A DNA stretch of 64,000 nt from positions 59,892,001 to 59,956,000 of the forward strand of contig OZ286474.1 of the NCBI GenBank assembly GCA_965644265.1, read 5' to 3'. Shown piece by piece: positions 51,251-64,000 of the stretch. The DNA comes from Glycera tridactyla (lineage: Eukaryota). A program made the position numbers and the translations under genes. Under the pieces are notes generated by a model. It did no database searches, was not told where the DNA came from, and saw nothing but the letters and a program-made list of their open reading frames with translations. The stretch's first letter is position 1; the number at the start of each line of letters is the position of its first letter.

Positions 51251-54200
51251 GCCAACACACAACCTGGTAAACACAACCTAGTCGTAATTTTGGTAACAAT
51301 GGAATTCTAAGACATGCTGGTCTGGATCGGAAATTTACGATACTCATTTCCGCAACGTGATGAGGCAATTACTCCAAGTGACGTCATTCACGTGGGTGAA
51401 GACAGACGGACTACCGTCTTGTTTTAACAAGTCAATTAATCTTGACACAATGCTATGTAACCACTATCACGCAAAGATCGAGAAGAACAAAAGAGCACTG
51501 GTGGGGATATATGTATCAATTCAAGCTCCGGACACGGGTGGACACAGGATGCGTCATTGTATATCACCAATCTCGTCATAGCACCTAATCTGATCACAGT
51601 TATATCAAATCACAGGAAATGGGGATGCCGTCACAAACAACATGAATAGTCGATCTGGACCATTGTGCTCAGCTACAAAGATATGAAAGCAAGTTAACAT
51701 ACGAGTAGTCTAAACACTTCTATTGTGAAGTGACCTCAACATTTTTATTTGTTCGGGTGTTTGAGTGACCCACATTGAATTTATACAAAATTCTATCTTA
51801 GTTCAAACCCCGCAGATTCGGACCTGTGTAAGATGTAATCACAACAACTTCGTGGCGAGGATGGATTGAATGATATGGCACTTCGATACATTGCAGACCC
51901 TTTACCAACCGGCGCCCTCGCTGATGATGATGGTGATGATGTCGATGTTGTGAGTGATGTTGATTAAGTGTGATTGTTGTTGGAGTTGGATTTGCTATCG
52001 GTGCTGATATTGATAATGATGCTGGTACAGGTGCTGCTGTTGACGAAGATGCATCNNNNNNNNNNNNNNNNNNNNNNNNNNNNNNNNNNNNNNNNNNNNN
52101 NNNNNNNNNNNNNNNNNNNNNNNNNNNNNNNNNNNNNNNNNNNNNNNNNNNNNNNNNNNNNNNNNNNNNNNNNNNNNNNNNNNNNNNNNNNNNNNNNNNN
52201 NNNNNNNNNNNNNNNNNNNNNNNNNNNNNNNNNNNNNNNNNNNNNNTCACCACCACCACCAACAACAATCACCACCATAGACGACGCCAATATTATTTCC
52301 AAAATCAGCACCAGCCGCAAGACCAACAGCAACAACGGCAGCAGCCATAAGGAAACATCGATTTTACACCTTGGTCATCATCCAACCGATGGAATCGAGC
52401 GAATAAACACACAGACAATAAACACACGGGCACAGTTTTCAAAAGAAGTTCATGAATTCAGTATGATACCGAATCCATCTAGTTTTCTTCACGGTGAGTA
52501 AGCAAGCTGTCACACAGAATCCCGACTCTTGTAAAAGGATACAACCGCCGAATGTTTATGTATGGAGGAATATAAAAGTGTGTCCATGAAAACTACAGTT
52601 CCTTGATGTATGTTTATAGTGCTGTCCGGCTCGCATTACTTGGGAGGTGTGTCTCAGCCATTTTATCACTGCGACGGGGTACCGCAGCATATGACCCCCC
52701 CATGTATATGATGAACTGCTATTATCGCGAGCGATGGTTTTATGATGAACATTGTCGAGCGCTCACCCGGAATCCAGTAAAAATGACTCATTCGTGTTCG
52801 ACTATCACTGACATAATCAGACCATCAAGATATTCTTTCACCTGTCTTGACACTGAAGGTTGACACTGGGGTACCAGACCCAAGATATGTGTGTCATTTT
52901 AGGATTTTACTAGGTCACTTCAAATTTTGAATCTCATCTCACTGCAATCATTTGGCATACAGTATTGTGAAGCTGATTTGAGGTTGATGGTTGGCGAATC
53001 AGGCAAGTAATCTTGGGGACCTATGCCTATTCTTGTTTGGAGCAATGTGAGCTTGAAATATAAATTAACATTTGACCTTCCACTGTGGATATTACTTATT
53101 GGTAAAGGGCCCAATACTTCAATGCCCTCCCATGGTTATGCATTAGAACGCTGGCGAGAGAGGGAAAGTGACAGACGGACGGACGGACTGACGGTTTCTT
53201 CAAGCATCGGGTCACGCAAAATATGGACCAGAACGATGTATCGAATGTACATGGTGTCCCTCCTTCCACTGCACTGCGGTGCTGCATCTTAGGAAATACA
53301 GGTAACTACCTATCCTCTAGATGTGAGAAGACACTAATGTTAGCCCAGTATATAGATTGACATATACAACTGAAAGTGCTGTTCTACAAACAACATTCAA
53401 TAGAGCAATTCTCATTTGGAGAATGGGATTTATTGCCCCACTGTACTTTATGACACTGACAAGATACGGTCACGTGACAAGTAAGGTCAGTGGGTCAAAT
53501 GTAATAAAAACTGAGAGCTCATAAATCGCCAGATTATACTGTTTGTTGTGTGCTGAGATAATATCACGCATAGTATGTTCACTGATAAAGCAAGGGATTT
53601 GGCAGGTATGCATTCTCTGCAAGAGGTGCAGAAGGGTGAAAGTATGATGTGCATCAAAGGTGCTGAAACACTATACAACAGTATCATGGTGTCTATAAGA
53701 GCAATTATCAATAGTAAAATATGCTTTTACTGCGTAAAACTGGCAGACTGAACATCCGGGTGAATTCACTATGAACATCTGTGAGGTTGTCTGAGAGTGA
53801 CAGAAAATGAGCTAACATACATGTAGTGGTCTCCAATCTGAAATCATCCGACATTTCAAACCTATTTCGGGGTTGTTCTCCCCTATTTCGAAGGTGTTCC
53901 AGTCTGGGCTTGCAAACTTATAATAATTGGTAGTGGCCGGATTTATGTGCTTGGTGGAACCTGACTGCAGTCAATAAATTCATGCCTGTCTTTCTCTCTC
54001 CTAGCTATAAAGACATATATACTTCATATATGATCTGAAGACGTGGATTTATTTCGGTAGACGATGGTTTGCAACTTTTTCATACCCACAAGTAGTAGAT
54101 CATTGTAGTGTTACGTGTAAGGGAGGCTGGATGTTTGGTTGATGAACTGACGGGACTTATTGTCATGATCCTCCAATGGCGACCAGAAGAGCTCCACTCC

Positions 54201-54284
54201 CTCACCTAGTGTGCAACGATGGTTCAAGTTGACCAGGTCCATGTCATATCCATCAAATGCCTTGATACACCAGGAGGGACTCAC

Positions 54285-54295
54285 CAGGAGCATAC
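54285..54295 (-). CDS. Candidate 11-nt microexon (GTATGCTCCTG)
   Basis: ttctcatacctcattag acceptor and consensus G|gtgagt donor. Phase 2-1 fits its neighbours 59927-60018 and 50469-50539. Confidence 0.35.
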
Positions 54296-55379
54296 CTAAT
54301 GAGGTATGAGAATTATGGTACGCAATAGCAAACCCTGCAGTTTATTCTCAAAGTTGAAGGTCCTCAACATGGAATTACAAGGGAGCTGCGAATGACAGTC
54401 AGTTGCGGCACACATTCCGACATCTCATTTGCTAAGCTCACAAAGCGTGCACCATTATTCCCAAGCTACCCAATTATGTTGCCCATAGGATTGAGGATCC
54501 CATTCAAGACTGTCATCAACATTAGAATGGTTACATAACTTATCGGTCAGAGCACTTTTACCGATTCATTAAATTGCCATTCACAACGTTTTATTGAATT
54601 TTCCCAACTTTGGAGAAACTATGATGAGATGCCCGAGAAAGTGTGTGGACATTGGATGAATATGAGATTGATTCAGAATCAACACGTCCCATATATTATC
54701 TACCTCGAGTGGAAGAGAGCTTGTGCATTACAAAATCAATCAACCTTAGGTACCTCTTATCTGCAGAATTGCCAACCATCACGATTCAGAGTGTTGGTAA
54801 CTATTTCTCTGCCCAAATATTGGCCGTTTACAAGCATCATTACTCTGAGTTGACATCATTCCTATTTCTCATAATCTAAGATCGGCATCCCTACATCTGC
54901 AATGTGCTACGTGAACAGGTGGGATTCATGCCAATTGGTATCGGGATTTGACCTGTCCAAACAGTAGAATGCAGCTGTTGGCGTCAGTACTTTCGAAAGA
55001 TGGACTCCCGGGACCCCTGTATCTGGTGAATGTGGGGTACACTCATATAGGATGCACAATGTGGAAGATTGTGACCATGAATAAAACCCATCGAGACCGT
55101 CAATCAAACATCAGCCCATCCCTCGATATATCCACAATAATACTGGCCAATCGCTGCATGAATTCGGTTTGAGAATAAGAAGAACTTACAGATCGGATCA
55201 AATTCTTATGAGCACAATTATTGCTACCCTCAGCGGCTCTGGTTGCATGACTAGCGTGACCTTTTAATTTAGCCAATTATAACGTTTGCTGTGTGCTTTC
55301 CACTATGTTATATACTAAACCAGAGTGTCAAAGACACCGAAGCTCATCTGACCCTGCATCTGTAATATGCATTTGAATT

Positions 55380-56700
55380 TGAAAAGTGACCCAATCGGCC
55401 TAATTACCAAGTTGTGAACAAGAATTACACACAAAATATAACCAAGTTGGGTGCACAATGCTCAGTTCTAAGCAATCCAAGGCATGAATTACAAAAGGTT
55501 TGCATACACACAGCTCATTGAGAAGGACAGACACACCAGGGCTCCATGTTGGCCGAATATTCAAGGGCTAGCTGGTCCCAAGTTGTTACAGTGAAACCTA
55601 CCACAAGAGACCCCCTGATGAGAGACCGCCTCCTATGCAAGATTACTTTTGAAGGGCAGCTTTTCTATTTGTTAGTGGCCATTGGATACTATCTATTCAG
55701 AGAGTACCCACAGATAGCAATGTAGAGCATGTACACACACACACACATACACACACACACACATGCACACACACCTACAGGCACAGGACACTCATATTTT
55801 TAATTGATTAGGAATGGGAAGGGCAAGGGAAGAAAAGGATGAAATCAACACCCTAGTCATTGTTTAAGAATTCAATAGGTGTCTACCACTGGAGAACCTT
55901 ACATAATGATGATAACAAAGCCCAGAGGAGTACGTTCATTACAGAGAGGTCTCACACAATAGAGACTCACTACGCGTTGATTTCAGCTATTTCAAGAATG
56001 TGCACTATTAAGCAAGTTAGGCTTGTACAAAAATGCGAGCAAAGTGGCCTAATTGCCAATTTGTTAACAATAATTTCACACAAAACATGACCAGGCTTAA
56101 TGCCCAATGCTCTTTCCTCACTAGTAAAACAATCATAATCAAAATCCACCAAGAATTGAAGGAGATGCAATTTTAGTGACCTGTGGCTAATGACCCAATT
56201 AGCCTAATTACCAAGTCATTATCAAGAAAGTCACACAAAATGTGACTAGGATCTGTGTGCAATGGTTGATTCTAACCAATAAAATGATCAGAATCAAAAT
56301 CCATTGAGAATTGAGAGAGGAGATAGTTCTTGTGATTTTTAGCTGAAAACCCAACTAGGTGTGACACAATTAGCCTAATTACTGAGTTCTGAAAAGGAAT
56401 TTTTGAAAAACCCGACCAACTCTTGTGGGCAACGCTTATATCTCACCAATAAAACAATCAGAATCAAAATCCATCGAAAAATTGAGGAAGGAGATATGTT
56501 TTTGGTGATTCTTGCATAATCACTCAATTAGTCTGATTACTAAGTCATTAATCAGAATTTCACACAAAACATGACCAGGATGTGTGTGTGTAATGCTTGG
56601 TTATGTCTGATAAAACAATCAGAATCAAAATCTTTCAAGAAATGAGGGAGGAGATGCAATGTCTGTGAATTGTGGACGACGAGGCCAGATGAGCTAATCA
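55380..56700. repeat. Diverged ~150-170-bp tandem subrepeats (probably internal array of a non-autonomous rolling-circle-type element)
   Basis: Recurring TTAGCCTAATTAC..CACACAAAA..TGACCAG..ATAAAACAATCAGAATCAAAATCC blocks, mainly 56040-56660. Confidence 0.7.
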
Positions 56701-57250
56701 TGATGCTTGAATTCAAAAGTAAAGAACATATACGCGTCTAGGGGAAGGACAAATTGAAACCGAGTTGATTGAATGGTCTGTATGCGCTACTGAAGCTCTG
56801 CAAATATGAAAAACACGAACCATATCTCGATGAGTCGTGAGAATCTTTGACAATTCTTCCACATGCATATCTCAATGCAATTTTCCCATGGACGCAAACC
56901 AATTTCAGGGACGTATATAGCATGTCACCAAATACCACGTATCATCCATTGCTGTCTAAATTGTTATGCAATCCCCGACAGTTTGAACTCGCGCATTGAC
57001 AGCTTTCGTTTGGAGAATGTGTTGGAATGCCAATGTGTGATCAACAGGGCATGGGGTGAGATTCTGAGGCGATGGTGAGTACTGTGTGACTGGGATAGAC
57101 ACCGCAATGCAACTGAGACTTCTATTGAGACAAGCACTACGATGACGACATGCAATCGGAGAAGGAGACAAGCATTGCATGAGTGGAATATGGCCAAGAC
57201 ATGAACATTTTGATAAGACAAGTACTGCATGGGTGAGATATGTCCGCTAT

Positions 57251-57390
57251 GACTGAGACAAGCTCTGTATGAGTGCGATATATCCTCAATGACTGAGACA
57301 AGCTCTGTATGAGTGCGATATATCCTCAATGACTGAGACAAGCTCTGTATGAGTGCGATATATCCTCAATGACCGAGACACGGTCTACAT
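57251..57390. repeat. 40-bp tandem repeat (3 copies plus partial)
   Basis: GACTGAGACAAGCTCTGTATGAGTGCGATATATCCTCAAT, exact x3. Confidence 0.95.
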
Positions 57391-57597
57391 GAGTGTAATA
57401 CGTACTCCAGGACTGAGGCAAGCAGTTAGCGGCAGACACAACCACCTGATAACTGATTGAATAATATAAAGACTGACTGTATGACTGATGAGATATCATA
57501 TAAGTGGGACATTGTATGATCAAACGAATACTACATAAGTGAGGCACAGGATTATTTGAATACTAAATAAGTGAAGCAAGCACTGTTTGAGCAAGAG

Positions 57598-57730
57598 TGC
57601 GGTTGTTTGTTTGTTTGTTTGAGGTTTAACGGCACATATCAACCCAGGATTGTATACAATGTGTTCCTGGTCAATAAAAGCTAGATCTCCTCACACTGCC
57701 GGCATCACTCTCCAAAACCCTGAACAGAAA
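57598..57730 (-). mobile_element. SINE family A 3' fragment
   Basis: The minus strand ends GCCGTTAAACCTC+(AAAC)n, preceded by the family core. Confidence 0.7.
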
Positions 57731-59926
57731 ATGGCAGAAAATCTGAACGAGCATTATCATCATCATTTCAAGGGGATTCTTTTTTCCATATATCCTGCGA
57801 TAGATAGCATACGTAATCTATTCGCATGGACAATCTAGCACAGCGGGGTACTCAAAACATCCATAATATAGCTCGTATTAGGCGAGATTGTCGTCTAGTG
57901 TTAAAAAGAGAGGTGTGTAGTATGACACATTCTCTCGCATGCTCCACTGAACTTGAAAGCACACAATGTCATCAAGAATGCTATGCACCATACCATATGA
58001 ATTACTAAGAGCTGTTCATTTTCATATCATATTTTCAACTTTACTGAAAGCCCAAGCCAGGAAATCAGCAGGGAGGAATACACGCGCTCCCAATAGCTAT
58101 ACCTTGAAATTCATTCTACCAAAAATTAAACGATTGCAAGCCCGGTGTCCAATATCATGTGTTCCAGTAATTCCAGAAAGAACGCAGACAATTCCAATTG
58201 GGTCATTTTGGATATATGCGTGTCAAGTCTGGATTGTATGGTTCGAAGAAGAGCTCAGACACTAGATGGCATTTTGCCAATTAGGATTAAAATACGATGC
58301 GTGGCATGTATATATGTGAGCGTGCACAATAGATGACAGCCACGCGATTTGACCGCCAGGACCTCTCATCTAGGATGTTATGGCTTTATACAGGTGGAGT
58401 AGAAAAAGTGTCCTGTCAAACTTCACCGCCGATTCTCCTATAGAAAGTAAGGCGGTAGTCAGTTCTGGTGGCCCAATGCATGTCATTTTGTTGCATGTTG
58501 ACCACAAAACTTTCATCCATTGCAATTGCAACAGTTTCATAATCAGTAACATATAGCAAGACTGCACATCCTTAAGATATAACCTCAATGCGACATCTCT
58601 ACAATATAGCTTATCTGACAAAAGCCCCAGATATCTCTCCAGTAATATATATCAGACTCCACAGAGATCTTCCCAACAAATTTGGTTTAAGATACTGTTT
58701 ATTTCCATGGCCAGTCTCTAGAGATTTTAAATAAAAGTGTGGGGGTACAACATTCTTTCAACAAATTTCAAACATCTGATATCCGTGTTCGAAGCTAATC
58801 TTATTCGAGATGGAAAGCTTTCAGGTGGTAGAGAAAGCAATGATTAGATTAGTCCAATGAACTAGATGAATATCCGAGCAATTGCTTTTCGCCAGAAGGG
58901 TTTAGGCAGTCAAATGGCCAAATTACAAACGCTCCAGCATATGGCTAATTGATTAATGACCAGTGCCAATCTTGATTCACAAAATAGGGCGATAGCACGA
59001 GGTTCCTACAACCCCAATCTACTGACACTGATTTGTTGGTTGGTTGTTTTATTGATTGGTTGGTGGATTGGTTGATGATTGGTTTGTTAGTTGATTGATT
59101 GGTTGACGATTGGATTTGTTGATTGGATGATCGATTGGCTGGATGATTGGTTGGTTGATTGGTTTGTCGGTTGAATGATTTCTCGGTTGCTTGATTGCTT
59201 GGTCGGTTGATTGATTGGTTGATTAGTTATTGTACGTCCCATGAACATCATCTGGGAGGATCGAATCATGATGGCAATGCCGATGACGACCACAATAGAG
59301 ATGACAGTGATGACGATGACAACAATGGTTATCACTGCCAAATCCTCGTTTTGCATTGAATATGGTACGATTTGGAGATGATTACACACTCAGAGATTGT
59401 CTTTATAGTCTATGGTTGTCATGTAACAAGGGCGCTTTGGAGGATCAGTGTGAGAGTGGCCCTGGTATGGTTCATGATACAACTTGGCACTGCGTCAACA
59501 CGGTGTGTCACCAGTCAGTCCGCCCCTTGACCGCTGACCCCATCTCTCTGGTATCCAGACTGGCATCGACACAGTGGGCGTTTTGGCTTCTCCACCTCTG
59601 TTAGAATCAGTTGGTGTCAGGCTTCCAGTCAGCCATTCGCCCTTGAGTCATACCGACTGAACCTTATCGGTGATCGCTCATGAAAATGAGACTGGGAGGA
59701 CCAAACTATTCCATAAATTGTCATCTCCCGTTGAAAACCCTGGAGGAGGAGTGGTCCCACCCATGGATGGTCCCTGCCATGTTCATTCAATCGGCGTCAC
59801 AATATAGGCCATATAATGCTGAGGTGATGTTAAACCATAATCAAGCAACCATCTCCAGATTCACGTGCCTTGAAATAGACTCCTAGGCACAGTGAACTCT
59901 CATTTCCTGCTATTCAACATGACTAC

Positions 59927-60018
59927 CAATGGGTAAATTTGAAGGCCCTCCGCCGATTGACGTGATTGCCAAATTCATGAAACGAGCAGTCTTGGTGTAC
60001 TGGAAACTGGACGAACAG
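59927..60018 (-). CDS. Candidate exon following the MATH exon
   Basis: caactcttacag acceptor, phase 0. LFVQFPVHQDCSFHEFGNHVNRRRAFKFTH, then either donor gtagtc (phase 2) or read-through W* (stop 59923-59925). Confidence 0.45.
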
Positions 60019-61329
60019 CTGTAAGAGTTGATTCTTCCTATACATGTATGTGAAAGAATTCTCAATGAATACAGAAACAGATATATAAATGAATGAATGT
60101 AGAAATAAAGAAAGAAATGTATACATAGATAAATACATGACTGTCTCGATAAACAAACAAACGAATGAATGAATCAATCAATCAATCAATCAATGTAACT
60201 CGTTACATACAGAATGTCATGGATACAGTCCTACAGTCAAAGCCCAACTAGTGAACCGATCAAATGCCCAACCTACAACCCAACAACTAACGCATCAAAC
60301 AGCCGACAAACTTAAGAAACACCAAACCCAAAAACTCTGAATATGAACAAGTAAATTCCACATTGACATAGGCAGACACAACGTTAAACATCGTCCTGAA
60401 AAAGCCCAACATCACGTCACAAGTCCAAGTCATGTCGACTGCCATCCTCCTGAGGCAAATAATAACCCCTGGATTCGGGGCATGACCCTCGATTTAAAAA
60501 AGTTAGAAACCATTCTGGTATTACTCTACATTCAGTTCATCTGCGATCCTTGCCCGATGATCTCAAACAAAGTGGTCCTAAAATGCATATAAACCCTGGA
60601 TCAATAGCCTCACCCTGACGAATGAGCCCCACCCCCCACCCCCCCCCCCCCTCTTCAACATAATATATACACTTTATTGGCGTCCAAACTTCGATCATGT
60701 GTGAATGACCTGAGTCCCTTTTCACTAAAGGTGAAAGTACATTGAATGGCTTGAGTGTTCTCAGTTATCACAGTTTTCCAAATAAAATCTACAACTTTTA
60801 CGTCATTTCAGTGCATTGGTCCATTAGTGAAAGATTTTTGAAGACCAGTGATACTCCACGTACCATTGAATTGTTTTAGATTGCTGAGTAAAAATCAATA
60901 ATTGTGAGCAGCCACTCTGATTTGGAGGGAAGTGTGACTATAATGAGACGACCCCCTGGATCAATGTGTAACATTGATCTTATATTGATCGATAATCAGC
61001 TGATAGCTGAAGCACCCTCGGTGTGCGATGTTGGCGGATGATCTCCACTTAATCTCTATATAATCCGAACCACCCTCAGATATCGTGGCTATATCGACAG
61101 AGGCTAGTGAGGTTTGGTTGAAGTTCAAGGACAGGTATCAACCGAGAGGATTATGTATGCCGTGTGTCTCTGGTCTTTGAAAGCTAAATGTTTTGTCCGT
61201 TGCATGCTTCACTTTCACAAACAATCAGCAAAAGAGCATGAATTGTTTGGTTGATCGGTTAATTGGTCCATGCAGTGGGTTCAAGCCGCCTTCTTCTGGG
61301 TCTTCAAAGGAACATGGGAATTCATCAAA

Positions 61330-61485
61330 TTCACAGACACCCCAGGATTGATTTCTGCTACTAGAACCAGATAGGGAGTCAAGAGGTAGCAACTGGCAAT
61401 TTGAAACAATTCCAATTGGTCGCAAGCTGATAATCGAGCCTGGTAGCAATTCCTTCATTCTAAGCAAAGCACACTAGTTGAAACA
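61330..61485 (-). mobile_element. SINE family A diverged fragment
   Basis: AGCTGATAATCGAGCCTGGTAGCAA...AGCAAAGCACACTAGTTGAA matches the family consensus. Confidence 0.5.
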
Positions 61486-62903
61486 AGAAAATGCCTTAGG
61501 TTGGAATTTGAAGTTCAGAGCTGTGAGCATATGATAATCTCAGGGTGATGCATTTTCAGATAAGCAATATGATTACAGATGTGGAATATGTGATTACTGA
61601 AATGAACATGAAAGGGATACCCGGGTATTAGTGGCGGATTATCGGGGTGTGCTATGACACTCTATGCTCATTTCACAGATACTTGCAAGTCACAATAGAA
61701 TCAATATGGCGACGGACATGTATCATGTTCGGTCGCTGAGATAATCTGGATCGTAAATCGCCTCTGACCTCAATATTGGTTGAAGTAAAGCGAGTGATCA
61801 TACGAGATAATCCCAGAGGTGATCAGAACTCACAACCTTGATTAATCCACTCCCCCGCCGACATATTGGTCGCAATATCCAGACAACCATTCGGGGAATA
61901 GTCAACAGAGTGATGTAACACATTCAAAGGTATTCATATACCAACAAGTAAGTGTGGATTTCATCCAATCGGAGAAAAGCTTGCAGGGTGACTGATGGTT
62001 GATCGATGGTTCACCGTCTGGTCCGTACAATTTGGGCTACATTGAGACGTGCATGCAATGAGCATGGGTGGAATCATTCATAACTCCCTAGTCTACGGTT
62101 CTATAATGGGGTGAGATTTCAGGAAATTCAGACACAAGGTTTCCATTCACCGTGATTGCGATTTTTGCGAGGTTGAGCTTCAGAAGAAACCAGTCACAAA
62201 AAAACACTGGATTCGTGCTTGTGCTAAAAAATATAACTCAAGGAAACATGAATGTCTCCAAGAATGATATCAAATGAAAAAGAAATTGCCATGGTTCCCA
62301 AAGCTATTCATATACAATTTATATCCAACTGGCATCGATCATCTGTTTGCCTGTTCAACCTGTCATCGACACTGTAACAGTAACCCATTCCCAGGTCCCC
62401 GTCTGGGTGCAATCTTGGTGAAGAAGGTATTTCACAAACACCAAGCAATTGTCTATTGTCTATCAAGAAAAAGGTCAACAGGGGGAAAGTCCCAGGTCAA
62501 ACTAGTGACTCATCAATACCACCAGTCATGAGTCTGCCCGATAACATCCCACGACAGTCACTTCATTAGCGGAGAGAAAATCCTGTCACATCCATTGACA
62601 GCGTGTAGATGTTGTATTTTGTCATCAATTAGGGGACGGACTCAAGGTGTTCTATTTCTGAATGACAAGACCAAGACCATTATGCGGCCGCTGTGGAAAT
62701 ACTGTGCGGGAAAATATCTCATTTCATTTCTATGCATTTACCCATTCATCATCATCATCAACATCATCATCATCATCATCATCATCATCTGGGTAAGATT
62801 GGTCTGCCGGGGACAAGATGGTCATCAGGCATCAGGGTAGGAATTTTGAATCTTAATCAAATTCAGGACTGAAGCAGGTAGATCGACAAAAACAGGAACT
62901 TAC

Positions 62904-64000
62904 CTCACAAAGCTCCATCGGGAACTGCATCCGGTATCCTTTCTCGTCAATGAAATTAGAGAAATATCCACAAATGGGTTCACCACTCATATCTAGGTCA
63001 GCTGCCCGATCTGGGTCACGTGAGAGTAGGGTAGCAGTCCAACAGAGCAGCTTCGTCTTATTCTGCTGATAATGATGCACCCCTTTGTCAAAGGTGATGG
63101 TCAGTTTCTTGGCAGCCTTGTCCACCTCCGCCTTCCAGTAGTTGCCCTCGTGATCCTGGAAGGCTTCGACAGGAGTGAGCGAGCCAAAGGAGGAACCATA
63201 ACCGGAGACATTCCGATAGTTGCCGTAATCTTTGTAGAGCTGAGGGGCATATCCATTCGACGCTTTACAGCTGATCGTATGATCTTTCCAGATCGTGAGA
63301 GACATCACCTCCACCCCTATCGTCAACACCGTCATCTTTTCGATGTTGTACAACGTCTGCGATAACGTCTTACCAAAACCGTCAAACTTCGCTCCCTCGC
63401 CATAGTTGTACGTGAGCAACTCCGTGGAGTCTTCACCCAAATACAGCCGAAAATTCACCTCGATCGAGAGACCTTTGGCTTTGCTAGCTAGATATAAATA
63501 GACCGCTGGTAGACCGTTGCTGTTTAATTTCGTCGGGTAACATCGTAAATACCATTTGTGCGTACCCAGCAGGAAGGTCGTAGTGTCAAAATAAAAGCCG
63601 CTCACGTTTTTCCGCGTGCGAGCCGCAGGGGAAGTGTCAATGCTCTTCTCGAAGCGCGTGGAGCAGCGAGAAAGTGTGAGATCGAGTGCTAGTCGTTTTC
63701 CGGTTTCATCCAAGTACCCACCAGAGAGGTCCAGCAACTCGTTCAATGCAATGTATTTACTCTTTCCCAGTAAGGAATGCGAGGTTGTGAACTTCTGATT
63801 AGAAGCGAAATACTTATTGTCAGCATAGTCGAAACGGTGAATGAGCGAAAGTGTATATTTGGCTTTGCATGAGATTGCCGCAGCACTCTGTCCATCGGAG
63901 TATCTCCATTTCAGGTAGATCCCCATGTAACGTTCCTCCTTCCGCATACAGACCACACTCCAGCGATGTCCACCATAGCTGACCTCTGAACTCTCCACAG
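62904..64000 (-). CDS. Large exon encoding three tandem MATH/TRAF-like domains (5' end at or beyond the window edge)
   Basis: Open frame to the window edge and GAG|gtaagt donor. Three repeats of the F..GG..W.h...h.hYL pattern: YGGHRWSVVCMRKEERYMGIYLKW, FLLGTHKWYLRCYP..PAVYLYL, FQDHEGNYWKAEV. Confidence 0.88.

Noticed and set aside
54111-54293. FDGYDMDLV as a second nucleotidyltransferase DxD motif
   Set aside because: No preceding GS motif, and the segment lies just downstream of a gtgagt donor, so it is probably intronic.
63072-63798. Plus-strand ORFs 63072-63365 and 63616-63798
   Set aside because: Antisense shadows of the MATH exon.

Overview
Eukaryotic (invertebrate metazoan-like) draft-assembly DNA, rich in repeats and microsatellites. 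It has eight N-gaps (6250-6389, 7272-7410, 11262-11453, 24724-24869, 41099-41252, 41614-41818, 45763-45903, 52056-52246). There is no evidence for rRNA, CRISPR or prokaryotic genes. The main content is a long intron-rich minus-strand gene that the ORF track mostly misses. Six exons, spliced by hand between 17916 and 12110, give a complete 2'-5'-oligoadenylate synthetase (OAS)-like domain. It has GS..DAD and the third Asp, and ends in a CaaX-like C-terminus (CAAS*). A phase-compatible chain of short exons continues upstream (30325-39572, probably to about 46469). By motif resemblance it encodes a divergent macro-like and a GNAT-like domain in front of the OAS domain. At the right edge a large minus-strand exon encodes three tandem MATH/TRAF-like domains; it may be a separate gene or the 5' end of the same one. 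The rest consists of a 5'-truncated CR1/L2-type LINE with an intact RT ORF, a 24-bp minisatellite interrupted by a palindrome-ended element, two tRNA-type SINE families, Helentron-like non-autonomous elements, a Tc1/mariner-type MITE and several minisatellites. All exon calls and domain names come from manual reading. No database search was run.
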